From contig OZ004613.1 in the NCBI GenBank assembly GCA_963924565.1, forward strand, positions 23,622,001-23,686,000: DNA of 64,000 nt. The letters are read 5' to 3'. Numbering within the stretch: position 1 is the first letter of the stretch; every line of letters starts with the position of its first letter. Positions 39,330 through 53,800 of the stretch are shown in pieces. This DNA comes from Ascidiella aspersa. Its lineage: Eukaryota. The notes under the pieces are model-generated. The model saw nothing but the letters and a program-made list of their open reading frames with translations. It had not been told where the DNA came from and did no database searches. A program made the translations under genes and the position numbers.

Positions 39330-40843
39330 TTTAAGTGCAGACGTACTGCATTTTGTAAAGATCATTTGTTAGATGCCTTCAAATTGCGGTACTCCATTTT
39401 TAAAGTTAACCTGTAAAGCCGAGAATAATACAAAAGTCCAGCATTAATAAACTAGTTTTCAGCATATTCTTAATTATTGTTTAGGATATTAATTTAAAAG
39501 CCACAAAACTCTCTTAGAAAAAGTTACATGAGATAAAGTGTTTTGGATTTTCTGCTAGTAAACAATCGTCTTTGCGAAACGCATAAAATTGATAACCCGT
39601 TTATTTACAATCACCCATCAGCGTGAAAGAATATTTTTTACTTTTTACGGCTGCCACACTGTGTGTTGCACTGTTTATTGTCACAGGCGATTACACCCTT
39701 TTTCTTTTTTGCCATTTTAGTAAAGGTTCGTAAATCGGGATGTTGTTTAGAAAATGCTTGTTGCACCTCAGTAAACGTAAAAAAGGATCAATGTACAGTA
39801 AGAAATGTTATAAAAACTTTTCGGAAACCTCATGACAAAAAGCAAATTAATGTCATTTATGCAGGATACATTCACAGTTTGAACCAAATATTTGTAATAG
39901 ATTTCGCCTATGAACGTTCTTTTTCTATTCCCATTTGCAAAGAGTTTAAATATGTATACCATTACGGAGATTATACTTCTGAAGTTCTTTTGTTTTATTT
40001 CTGTAAAACTGTTTGTGTTTAATTTTGATATTATCATGAGTTCTTTATCGCGTTGCAACAGGTTTCTATGCAGTTCGTTAATCTGTGTTCGGAGTTGTAA
40101 GTATTTTCAAAAAGAGAAATTTATAAACAATGTAATGTTTGATCCCTAATTAAGTATCTTGCAAGTATTTCGTTTTCTCCCACTATTTTATGTAACATCG
40201 TTCTTAACTCCCAAATGAAGGTGTTTCACTAACGTGAAATCAAAACCAGTTGAGATAACAAAGCTTGCCTTGCGGGCAACAATTAAAAGCAGCGCGTTCT
40301 TAATCAAATCAGTGTAGGGCGCCTAATCATGCAGTCATTAGGGTGCTGTACGCAAAAGACCGGCACAATTTTCAAGCAACGAGCGGTGTGTGCCAGTGCT
40401 GATTCTGTTTAGTATTGAAGCAAAAACAATGTTAGGAATTGCATAAGATTGTCGCAGGTCATTTTGTTGCAGCAAAGTCACGAAGTAGTTAATACAATTT
40501 TTGTTTGAAAAAGTATTAAACAGGTAGTGGTTGTTTGATAAAATGGATCTCATTTATTGCCGACTGTAGTTGTATTAGGGCAGGATTTTCGATTTAGGAT
40601 ATTATTTAGCCTACAGGTATGTCACTTCATATTTTAAACGTTGGTAACTGCACATATTGACTGTAAGACAAGGAAGTCGTATAACTAGTAGTCACCTCTT
40701 TTTGTTTAATGCCTTATGCCAATGTAGGGAAATATTAGGTTTGTTCAGCCAAAGTCGTAAAACCTAATATGACTTTATAGTCTTGCGTTACTTGCCTTAA
40801 TTCTTGTTGGGCAGTGTGGTTATTTCTTTTATGAAGGTGTATA

Positions 40844-41325
40844 CAGTGGTGGGATTCAACCGGTTCGCACCGGTTCTATAGAACCGTCTCACAAAATTTT
40901 ATGAGATCAGCGAACCGGTTAGCATTACTGGTTACTGTCAATGGATTTTTGCATCTTATCTGATACACAGATTTTTAAGATCCATGTACCTCACGTGTTA
41001 TTTTTTCAAAATGTGCAATGGTCAAGGTCGCAAGTAACAGTCATATATTGTGTTAATTTTTATTATTGTAGTAATTTTTCTTTGTGACAGTGGGTCTGAA
41101 GATTCCATTGTTGCGTCATAAGTATACGTCATGAGGCTAATGCTTTTTAGTGTGGCTGTTAGCAGTGATGGGATTCAACCGGTTCCAACCTTTCCTGGGT
41201 TTGCTTCCTGTTATTGCAACTACTTTAATTATTTGCCGAAAAATATGACTTTTTGCAACAGAACCGACCGAAAAATATGACTTTTGTGATAGAACCGGCT
41301 GACAAAAATTTGAATCCCACCACTG
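40844..41325. mobile_element. hAT-type MITE with an internally repeated left end
   Basis: TIRs CAGTGGTGGGATTCAA / TTGAATCCCACCACTG; TSD GGTGTATA/GGTGTTTA; second left end at about 41163. Confidence 0.82.
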
Positions 41326-42936
41326 GGTGTTTACCATACCTAACGCGATACACGAAACATTTTTTTTGATTTTAGATGTTTTACATAGAATATACAACAG
41401 CTTATAAGTTAAAAAGTGTCGACATTATCAACTGAAAATGAGTTCGACATCTTTCAAAAGACTGGTTATTTTGCTGATGGAAATGTTACTGCTGCGCCAC
41501 GAAGGAATATAACAAGTAAGTCTTTAGCTAAATGATCGACTTATCACACGACTTAAAGCCTTTGTTACAACATTATTACATAAAATATCCGATCCCCTAT
41601 TTGGGAGAATGGCCATTAAACACCCGTGTGTTGAGGTAGGTTTGGGAAAATCCTTCAACAAAAAATTACAGTTGATTATTATTATTGTTATCCAAACAAA
41701 TAAATAAATAAAACATCTCTTAAGTGTGTTCAATAAAACATGTCTACGTGTAAGTGTTCTGTTGTAGGGTCTCGTGCGTTTAATCTCATTAATGTGTAAT
41801 TTGAGCTCTATAGGACTGTACTACTTCGAGCATCCAGATATACCACGTTATATTTTTAACAGTGAATTTCGGGACAATGAGTGTGTAATATAACTTTTCA
41901 TTGAAACCAGCAGGATACCGTGCTTCATTTTGCGATTTTCGTGTGACAGTAATCTTCGACCCCAATGCTTCGTGACGTAAATCAAAACAAAATTTTATTG
42001 AAAAAATTTTGAAACCCTAACATATTAGCTCTTGCGTTTGGTCCTTTTAAATAGAAGTATTTACTGATTTTTTTTAACTAACTGTTACGAAAAGAATCAA
42101 TACTGTTCTCATGAGATTTAAAACCTGTGCTGTCTGACACTGGACGTTAAAAGCATTTTTACCTTGATCTGGGCATTGCGTGTTACGCCTTTCATATGCA
42201 TGACAGTTGTAATGTACGCAGCAACTGAAGTCGTTGGGTATAGATAAAACCACGGTAAAAAGTTTGACTGACAAGGGTTCAAATGACAAGTTTCAACGTT
42301 TTTTTCACATATTTTAAATTGTCGATTTCTTTTGTTTGCGACTTTGTAAAATAGTTTAGAAACTAAAATGCAGTTTTATACACATGCTGTATGTCTGGTC
42401 GTTAGTCACCCGTGTTGTGTGTAAAACAACAAAAAATGTTCTGTCACTAGATGGTGTGCTTACCAAGAAATATGAAAACACTTGAATGAATTTTGTAAGT
42501 GACAGATGGCCGTGGTTGGCCTCAACAAGTCGACTTTAAAACGTTTTAAAAAGTGCGGTCTGTGAAAGTGGTGTACCTCTCTTTAGGGGAAAAGCTCTCT
42601 TTAGGGAAAACCTACAAATGCTAAAAACCTAAAAGATGCTGTTGATAACTGCAAAGGCAATTTATTATTTGTAAATTAATTCCACTACATCACACATCGC
42701 AAACGGTTTCATCAAGAAACAAATATTGTTTTTAAATCTTTTTATTAGTTTGTTTTGCTTTTTGACCATCTGACTGTTTTTGACATTACAGTTTCGCTTT
42801 CCAGCTGTGTTTAACGCTGTCGGTTTTATTTCCAGCCTGAAAGCGCTATTCCACAATTTTATTGCATTTGATTTGCTTTATTGGTTTGTAGTGTTGTTTT
42901 TGAATAATTATCTGCGAATTATTACATGCTTTACTG

Positions 42937-43578
42937 CAGTGGTTCCCAAACTGTGGTACGCAAGAGTCTTTCAGGTGGTACGCGACTAACTTCAGCATAC
43001 TGATAAATTTGAAAACACTTTCAGATTGGGTAATTTGTAATGTCGTTTTAGTTACCTTTGGTTTTGCACATTTATGACGTAACACTTATCTTGTTTAAGA
43101 TAATAAAACGCTAACTGGTTTAATACGTATGTTATAATAATGAACATAGCAGCAGTGTAGAATTGTCGTGTGGTTTTGATGTTTCAATAATGGAACTACT
43201 GTAATTTCTTTTAAAATAGAGGAATAGTAAGAAAACTACATTTTGTTAAAAATTTACGAACATCTGTTGTTTAAACGTCTTTGGGAGAATCTTAGTTCCA
43301 ATTACACCTGTCTTCTCTACTACACGGTGGTGCGCTGGCTCTCACATCCATCGCACTAAAACTAATTGCTGTGTTTTGTATAATTTATGGCTTTTATGTC
43401 TTCCTGGAATGACATTTGTTAAACTTTAATACAGCTACATGCTCCTTTTCTTATCTATATGTTAAAATAGTTATAGTTTGAGATATTTTAGTCGGATGTA
43501 GGCCTAACGTTGGTGGTACATGAACACTGTGCAAAAGCTCAAAATGGTACGCGAGAAAAAAAAGTTTGGGAATCACTG
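42937..43578. mobile_element. hAT-type MITE
   Basis: TIRs CAGTGGTTCCCAAACT / AGTTTGGGAATCACTG; TSD CTTTACTG/TTTTACTG. Confidence 0.82.
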
Positions 43579-44828
43579 TTTTACTGAAAAAAAAGTAAGA
43601 ATTAGCGTTGAACACGTCAGTCTAAATCTCGTAAACCAATCAAAAAACTCACCTCCACATTTTCAACTCGAACAAAATTAAATTGCACAACGCTGAAAAA
43701 TACATTATGCTTCAAACTAATATATTTTTTCTTTTTATCATGTTTCCAGGTCTAAACATGTCGGATAAACTTTGCTAACCTGAAAAAGTTTACCAGTAAA
43801 ACTGCAACCACTTTTATTAGTGTTCAATTAGCACATTTCATATCGATAAGCAAAAATTATCCAATGTTCAGTTTAAAGAATACCGGCAGCTATTTGCCAA
43901 TTAGTCGAGTTATTATTATTAGTCAACAAGCCAATTTATGGACACATTGATCTAAAAAGCACACTTTTGTTCCGTTAGCTCGGAAAAAAAAAGTTTGGGC
44001 ACGATACACAGCATCTTTCTAAATGAACTCAAAAAACATAATTCATTTCGTGAAAGATGCCTTTCGAAGTGGTATGCCTACTATAGATCGTGAAGCGTAA
44101 ACAATTAGAGTGTTTGTTCATCATGCGGTGTACTGTATATTCTAGGAACAGCATACGACAATATTTTGTTCTGGAAAGAAGTTCTCCCGGTACTTAAAGA
44201 AGTTCTCCCGGTATTTGTTTTATCTGACGTTTTCGTCTTTGTCAGGGAATCTAACAACAAAAAGTAAAAAGACACGAAAAAGCTGTACAGTTTGTTCGCC
44301 ATAAAATGGACATCTTTTTAAAACCTCCGCAAAGCAATAACTGTCCAATCATGCAAATACATAAAAACAAGTGGAAGAGTGTCAATAAAATTAGTTGGAA
44401 AAATTAAGTTCGCACAAAATAATGAAACACCAAAAAAAACTATGCAAATGCAATTGCTAGCATTTAAATAGTATTGAATATTATTCAAAGTTTTACTATG
44501 GCCTAAATCATTTACAATTGCTTGAACCGTACCGGGTTCACCGAGACTTACAATATAGGCCTCGTAAACTTTAGAAAAGATTGAATATAGATTAGCGACG
44601 CAGCCAGCTAGCAAATTCAAGATTCTGGTACAAAATACTTAAAACGAACGACAATTAAAATATAATACAGATGCTTCAAACCCTACCAATATTCTAATTT
44701 CGGTGCGTTAAAAACTGTCAGAAGAAATCAGACCGGGTGGTAAAAGTCGTCTTATTTTAAAGACAATTGGTAACCGGGCAACTAAATCGATACAGGTATG
44801 GGCGAAAAGCGGATAGATCGTTTAAGAA

Positions 44829-47800
44829 TTAAATCCATATGTCAGAAGTGCAATCCCCTCCAGGGTAGCGGATTTCGTGGGCCAGAACCGGGCCCCTTGG
44901 TTCCAGGCCAAAGTCGACGAAAGCGTTTTCGTTTAGTGTAAGTCCCCCGTTCACGGTGTCGACGTCGATTCTCAGGAGATAGGAGCCGGCCCTTTACATT
45001 CAAATGTTCTGGTTATGTGGTTGGTTATTGCGTCACAATGCACTGTTCTGAGATTACGCGTGTTTTGAAGTTGCTTTAAATGACCGTTGTTTATAATGTT
45101 AAACATTTCGGAGAATATTTTTTATTACAATATACAAAGGTTAGCAAATTGTTTTCTGATTATTTCTGTGGCTGTGGGCCCTGTAGGGTATACGAACATT
45201 AAATACGCCCCAAACAAAATCGAAGTTTAGTAATTTAATAAAAATACATACTAATACTTGGATTGGATACTCTGAATTCGTTATTCTAGTTTCGAGACCT
45301 ACAGTTCTTGAATCCCTGGGATTTTACTTTGAATATCCCTATTCGCGACATATATATGTAGCATATGTAAAGACAATCAAATAATTTAAGATAAACTTCA
45401 TTAATTTAATATATGCAAAACAATATGTAAACCAAAGAGAAAAATATTTTAAAGTCTTCATTGCATTTGGTTTTTAAAGCAATATTGCGTACTGTGTAAA
45501 GCCTGATTGATATGCTATTTCGGTACTACAAAATTCCCATACTCAAAAGAATAATGTTTAAAAAACAAAACAGAGCATGAACAAAAATCGATTAAAAAAA
45601 TTACAGTAAGCAATGCAAAAGGAAAACATCGTTTATTAGGCCTATTAACGCGAAAATTATAAACGTGTATAGGCCTACTTCCAAATATGCGCTACAACCG
45701 CTTACTTAATCATTCCGGGGTAGAACTGCTTGTCCCAGCCGCTGTAGAGTGAAGTGGTTACGTAGAGGCGCTTGCCGTCTAAACTGAGCTGCAGCATTTG
45801 TGGCGCTCCTTCAATTCGCTTTCCTCCGATGTAGCGCGGAGGCGGCTGGCTCTTCAACTCACTGTCTTCCGTCACCTGACCAACACGTAGCCAACTTATA
45901 GTTCGACGACTTTCATGTTTACCATGATGTTAGGAATAAGGATGACAGGCATAGGCGTAGCCAGGGGGGGAGGCCTGATGGGTCATGCCCCCCAAAAAAA
46001 AAAATTTATAAATATTTTACTCTTAATACTTTGTTTTTTTTAGCATTTGTGAGCAGTACCACAACAGTCCATCACAGCCATGCCACACCTTCAATCGTCA
46101 TACACTGTTACGTCACAAACGATGTAGTTAACATTACATTTGCTATACATTAATGTAGTTTTACTACTTAAAAGTCAGTTTTTGCTGTTTGAATGGTTTT
46201 CTTGGAAATGGAGTATTGCGTTAACACTCAGTCAGTTGCTGCTCGAAACGGTTTGCTAACTTTGTTATTGTGATCGTTACGGCGGTAAATACAATGACAA
46301 AAGCTAAACAAAAAGTTCAAACTTTTTGGCCCCCCCAAAAATTTTCGGCTGGCTACGCCACTGATGACAGGCTACTCGACATTTATCTCAATACCGATAC
46401 CCGATATTTTTGGTAAAATGTAGCGCGATTGGATCCAATACAAAATGACGCCATTATTAGGCTCAAACAAGCGAAATATATGGAATTGAAACGTTCACAG
46501 GCAATTTTGGTTTATATATTATTCCAAAATTAGATTTTAGCGTTAAGTTTAGTTACATCCAGTTGTCACACTACATTTTTTTTATAAATTTACATTTCAA
46601 GGTGGAAATCGCTTTGCCGGACTGAAAATCATGTCAGAAATGCTTGTATTAATTTGGTAGCGAATCGGCACTTACAGTATGTCACGCTAGTAGGGCGATA
46701 GCATAAACTTTACCAGGTAAAATCGCTATGTTTAGTAAACGTTCATTGCAGAACTTGCAAACACACGAGATCCGAAAATACCACTTGCGTAAAATGTCCC
46801 ATAAATATCGGTTCGAACGATATACGAAGCCAAGTGCTAATACAGGTTCTAGTTCGTTTGTAAATTAAATGCATATTTATTAAACACAGCGATTTATACC
46901 TGGTAAAGTTAAACAAAATAGTTAAGTGTTTAGGCTAACTATACTGTCTAGTGCTGAAGCAAACTTGGCTCGTGACAAAAATACCATTTGAAGTTTTTTA
47001 AATATATCTATTTGCGGAATCAGCCATATAATAATAACGCTATTTGGTGTAGGGTCTTAGGACGAACTTTTTATCTAAAATATCGGAATAAAATGTCAAA
47101 TGTGCGACAGCCTTGTTACGCAGTAGGTTTAACGGTTTCTCAAACGGGTTAAATTGATAGAGACGTTTTATTTTTACCAAACACTTAGTGATTAAATGTT
47201 ACATTTAGATTAGACCTCTTATGTTCGACATTTTTAACGATCAAAAGAGCTGACAACACTAACTTTGAACGAACAGAAATGTGAAAGTGCAATAAAAACC
47301 ATGAGAAAACAGTGGTGTTTTGCGGGATGTTATACTTTACTGGAGATATGCCTCTAGAAATATTAAAAACTTACTTCTGAAATCACAGAGTATTTTTTAT
47401 AATATTTAATGTTTTGTATCGTGTCCTCATGGGTGTAACTCCCGCAAAGGAAAGTTACAAGCCGATGAAGGTTTACTTTTTATCGTTTTACTTCCTACTT
47501 TCACATTTCCATCCGAGCAGATGCTTCCTCCTAGAAAGACCTGGCCAACCAACTTCGGGTGACGCGTGTCGGTGATGTCATACTGACGTATGTCGCCGTG
47601 CAGCCAATTGGAGAAGTAGCAATAGCGGTCGTCCATCGACAGCAGAATATCGGTAATCAAACCTAGTCGTATTTTGTGCTGTTTAAACTTTCCATTAACT
47701 ATAGGTAGAATATTTCTAAAAATGTGCTGCTTTTTGCTTTGAGTTATTGGGGACTGGATTTTTTGTCTATTTCTTTAAAGATAAGTTAGGAATGGTTATA

Positions 47801-50800
47801 TGGAGTAATAGGAAAAGTTGTATATTGCTTGCTAAATTTTATTTGAGAAACTTTTAGTCAACCGAACAAGTATAGCGGTAAGGGACTGTGTTTCGTTCCG
47901 CTTTATACGTTAATGCCGATTTCTCGTCATTTTCTTTTCCACTAAATCCGTGTTAGGAAAATCCTGATATCCATAAAGTTATCCAAAAGGCTTAAATTCA
48001 CGCTGATTACGTTAAACTATTTGGCGATAAACTTATCGCAAATTGTTTAGAAAACACAATTAGCAATGCTCTGGACAGTTTCTAGCAACCACACGCTTTT
48101 ATAGTTTTTTTCTTTCATATAGGAAACCTGTATGCAAAAGTTTAAAGTCAAAACTTTCTAAATTTCGTTTTGTTTGATGTTTATGTGTTCTCAAAATATC
48201 GGTCGGACTCGCTGGACTCACAATTGGGTCGCCGCATTATTTGGTTGGGTCGAGTGCTTGTTACATTTATTGAGATTGGTTATGAGCTAGATTTCTTTTT
48301 TTACAAAACAGTGGGAGAGCTATATTCCTCCAAAATTTTGAAAAACAGCTGGAGAAATAGGACGAAATGTCTCATTACTATTCAATTCGAATCTATTTAT
48401 GTGATTTTTCCTATGTTTTGTACATCTGAAATGTTTAGTAACCAGAACTGGCTCGCCAAAGCTATAGCTGCGACATTTTCGCTCAGCATTTGGGTCGATG
48501 CCAGAAAACGTTTGGAAAACACGTTTCTATTGGTCTCATTTTTAAACAGGTCAATTGACAGCACAACATAATAGGTTTCGCAGCGCTCTTGCGCAAGACA
48601 AAGCTATCAAACGTTAAGCAAACACTTGAACTAGTTGTTTAAACGTGTTGGCGTACATTAGACGCCAGTCGATCTGTAAACATTTTAGCAGCCTAATTTC
48701 CCAACGCGCGACCATCATTCGTTTTAAGATCCAAGTTGCGATCAAAGGCTCAATATCTTCCGAAAAGTCCAGCGCGGAAATCCGACTAGGAAGTTTTACG
48801 TCATTAAGTACCCATCCAGTAGTTTTGGCCAGCCGAAGTGCGGAAAGCAAAAAGGTATTGCTGTTTGCGCTCAAGGTAGAGCTTTGACTTTGCAGCAACT
48901 GGCACACTAAAAAAGGTGTTACGCATTACCGTTAAAACCTCTGTTTATTGATTGATGTTTGGGGACTGTACACAATCATTCTAGTATTTTATTGGGCAAA
49001 TATGCACATATTTGAAGCGTACGAATGTTCACCAAACTTTTGTATGTCCTGTGACGCGCTGACAAAAAAATACATTTACCAATGACGACGTGTGGTTCCA
49101 AAATTGTATAGCAGCTTTGTTCAGTTTAAATAAATAAATCGTACTGTTTTTGCTCATACGAAGCATTCCAATAAACATGAAACACACAATTGGCTTTAAC
49201 GCAAAGCCCCATATAATACCCAATCAAGGCGAGACTTAATTGCACTCGTAAAATTCAACTTAGCTCGTTTAAATATGGACTGTAGAGGTCATAGTGACAA
49301 GTGGAAGAAATAAAAACTTGGCGACCTCCAAGTTTTGCGAAGGTCGCATTTTATGTGAGCAATAAAAGAGTGCAACTGTGAAAACACTCCCGGTTGTTGA
49401 AGGAGGAAATGCGGTTTGTCGGCGGCGCAGTCCCTATGTTTACCTTCGCCTATTTTAGTCTGGGCGCCTGATAGAGAAGCGCTTGCGTCTGCAATTTCCT
49501 TTTGTTGACTTTTGCACCGTGGTAGGTGATTGGCGAATTGCTGGTCATACTAGTAAGCTTGTTGTGCTATATGACAGTGGTTTTCAAACTTTTTTGAATT
49601 GCAACCCAAATATAAGTATTGTGAACACCTCTCGACCCAACAGACTCAAACTAGCATGAAATATATTAGCATTGGTTGAATTTAGTCAATCTTTAGCAAA
49701 CAGTTTAAATGGTTTGATGGCGCTTTACTCCACTGGCATATTTGTTTAATTATTTAGCTCCAGTTTTGTTCCGTAACCAACTGGTCTTGTATATAACTTT
49801 GTTTGTATTTAACAAAGTTATATATAGTTTCTTATTTTTTACTTTACTCTGTGAAATCACAAGATTAAGGTCAATAAACGCTTGTTTAAAGAGTTAAACC
49901 TTCACTCTGTAAAATTCCATTCGGCGTTCACACCACACCTTTATCACAATGACGCGAACACAGCATGATAACGTGGCGTGGATCCAAACAGCGCGTAATC
50001 GCTTAAAAATAATACATTTTATAAATTACAAGCGAAATAAAGTCCAGTCGGCGGCTTGTACTTGGAATTTAATTTCAAATATTCGGTTTTCTTTTCTCGG
50101 ATTAATTAATTTACGAGTTATTCACAGTGCTTCTAAATCCCATGATTGATAACACGTATTTGGAGGTCGGTGTTATGCTCCCACGGGCAGCTTCTAACAA
50201 CTACTTGGTTGCCGGTTAGTGTTTCATAGGATTGACCGCAAAATATAAACAAAAGCAGAATTAGAGGTATGTGGTCAGCTTTAAGGATTAGCAGTAAATC
50301 CCAATAACGTCGTTCGCGAGACCTTTGAACAAAAATACCTTGAAATATTTACCGCAGTGGTTGTCAACCTTTAAACTAATTCGTTTCGTTCAATTAACGA
50401 AGATGTATTAAAGCCATAAAAACGTTGATTTTAAATTAAAGATCGTTTAATGTGGCAAATAAGTAACTGCAGACGGCATAATATTACGCTGGTGGAAAAA
50501 ATTCCCAAACTCTTCACATGGCATGAAAGATTCTCGCGTACCGGTTGAAAGTCTTCGCGTAACTCACGGTGAAAATTATTGTTTAACTCTCTATGGGTTC
50601 ACCATCGCAACCAGGTACCATTTGCCAAGGGCAGACTTCCTTGGATCGTAGCTTAACGGCGTGGTTTAAACAACATAAAACTTCAAACCGGTCCGGTAAT
50701 ATTACAAAAAAATGCTTTCAACTGTTAATTACCTACCTGGCATTACTGGCAGGGCCCAGCCTTCAACCTTCTTCGGCGGAATGCTGATAACCTTCTCGGC

Positions 50801-53800
50801 ATCCCAGGTTCCGTTCTACACAAAAACGAAAACACCACAATTATAGGCCTGTTCGCTTGCTGCTATGGCAGAGATTTTAACTTGTTAACGCGGGTGTGCG
50901 CGGACCATGCAAGGTCGACATGAATCGTGCAGTACTAACGTCAAAATATGAATATGATAGGAAACCTGCTGTTTTCAACCAAAAATGTGTAACTGAATTG
51001 CAGTATAAACACAATAGTACAACGTGTTTTTTCCGTTTTCTTTTTAAAAAAATTATAATTTTTCAATTAGTCGACTGATATTTTAATTGTGCTTTAATGG
51101 ACAACCTAAAGCGCTTCTACGTACCCCAAGGGGTCAAGACCCCAGTATAAGAACCCATGTGATGACAGAGCAAGGTGAACTTCTCAATAAAGGAATGACA
51201 CAGATTCACGTGTAACAAGTTCTCAAATACCCAGGTACTTTAATAGGAGTACGACTTAAGTAGTCACTTGGAAAGGAAAAACGTTTGTTTCTGTTTGTCA
51301 AAACTTAAAAAAATCGCACCTCGGTCTTGAAGAATCTGAACACGGTGCTGCTGAGAGCACAACCCACGAATCCCTCGGTGGCGGATGGATCGTGCAGGAA
51401 TCGTATCTCGAGTGGAATCATTCCGTCTGGTCCCAGGTCGATGTCCTAGTTTTAGGGGGAAACATAATAACGGCAAAGAGTATTAGGCCCCAAAATAAAA
51501 TTGGTATAAACCACTGTAAACTATAAGTTTACATTTTAGAAAATACGGTATGGATATGATTAGCGATGTCCGAAATATAGGATTTTAATCGATACGCGAT
51601 GCCAAGTGGTAATATCGGTACTCGTCCGGTACTACGGTGGTAGCGCTGCCGATACAACACTATATTACTATAGGTATTATAGCCATGATTGGCTACCCAA
51701 CACAGCGATTTCTACATTTAAAGGTAAATTTGTCAAAAAATAGTCGGTTAACAACTGACGGTATTGAACCTTCTTCATGCTAAAGCGAATTTTGTCCTAA
51801 TGATATGAAAAAAATTATCTTTGGACGGTTTAATTCATTCTATTCAATTTGTTTGTACATAGTAATTATGTTTTAGTAGCAGATCGGATTGCGATACATT
51901 TTGTGTTATATATTGGGTATCAATATCGGATTAAAAATTTCAAACATCGGACATCCCTAGAGCTATGATGTTTGAAATCTGGTCGAGACAGTTAGTTAAC
52001 GGCTTTCAGCTTATAACAATAACCAAAAAGGTCATTTAGAATGGTTGGTTTGTTGAATGGTTTATCGAGACAAGGTGATAGCCTTAACAATTCTTTCATG
52101 GCTAGTCGAGTCGTCATGATGTTATTAAGAAATCCGACTATTACCTGAATTATTTCTCTTGTAGTCCAGTCCCATACGTGGAGTGAATGTCCGTAGTGAC
52201 CTGCGATTGCAAAATACTAATTTATTTATACCGCCTAATGTTAGTTCAATGAAACATCATTATCAAAAGAAACCTGCCGTCAGACCATAGGCGTAGCCAG
52301 GGGGGACTGAGGAGCCATGCCCCCCCAAAAAAAATTATGAATATCTTACTCTTAATATTTTTTTTGTTTAGCATTGATGAGCAGTGCCACAACAGTAGAT
52401 CACAGGCATGCCACACCTTCAATTGTCATGCATTGCAACATCATAAACGATGTAGTTATTATTACGTTTGCTATATATTAATGTAGTTTTGTTACTTTTA
52501 GACAGGTTTTGCTCTTTGAATGTTTTTCAATATTGCCTTAACACTCAGTCAGTTGCTGCTCTAAACGGTTTGGTAACATTGTTATTTGTGTTCGTTACGG
52601 CAGTTGATACAATGACAAAAGCTGAACAAAAAAGTTCAAACTTTTTGGCCCCTCAAAATTTTCGGCTGGCTACGCCACTGCAACGGACCTGCTGTTGTAC
52701 AGCGAGATATGACCGCCAATTCAACAAATTAAAAGTAAACGCAACTGAAATGGTATACATGGTTTGCCGATATTCTACCTGGTGACTGACATGAATGCTG
52801 TTGTTGTTCCAGATTTGTGGCACAATATATGGGGCGAATTTAATTTCACATTGCAAAGCTTTTATAGACGTTGTCATTACGATATTTTCAATGAAGCACA
52901 CTGAAGACCAAAAAGTAAATAGAGATGTTTCATTAACGATTTTAAATCGTGACTTTGTAAAATGTCGTTTCAATAGAAGTACTAATGATGACGAGATGTT
53001 ACAAATTTAAAACCATCAAAAAGCTATAACAAAGTCCATCACCTGCCGCAACGTCGTCGGGGTTGAAACCCGACAGCAGTTTCTTGGGGGTTCCCCACTC
53101 CGTGCTGATCATGACGTTGTGGCGGGGCTGGTACCAGAAATCGTAGCCGAACTTGGGGTTGTGGCCGGGTTTTTCCCAAACACCCTCCAGTTCAAAGCTT
53201 TCCGAGTCGAGGATAATAAATCCTCCTAAAAATGGGTCGTAGTGCTTGGGTTGCTTAATGCGGTAGTGGTTATAACCATGAAACTACCGGAAAAGTAACT
53301 TTATAAAAATCCTCTTATAGCTGGAAGCCCAAATTGAACGATTCTCTACTGAGATGGCTTTATGGTTAGTTTTTCTTAGTAAGAACACTTACCAAGAGGC
53401 ATAGTATTACACAGGGTTACTATAGTTATAGTCTGAAAACATACTCTGGGACATCGTTGGTATTAACTTCGTACATTTTAGTCCCTAAAATTCGTTTAGC
53501 ACAGCAAACTTGATCACTATTGTAAGCTTGCCATATATGTCATAAGGGTGCGTACATTTTAATTTAGGGCTACTGTAGAGTAGAGTACCATGGAATGTTC
53601 ACGACGCTTTTGTGTTGAAAAGACTGTATCCCGAAGAGGGCTTAACATACTAACAATGCGTTTTAGTTGAAACGATCAATTTACTTATTATTATTGCCGT
53701 TACCTTACGATGGTATGTTTATAAAAGATGCAGCGAATTTTTTGAATTTTAGATACACAAAGTTGCAAAGCTTTCATATTTGATATTTCCAGTTTATGCA

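Noticed and set aside
48170-49400. Possible degraded hAT transposase fragments in a SELENBP1 intron (e.g. [10 protein letters not shown])
   Set aside because: Similarity is too weak to support without a profile search.
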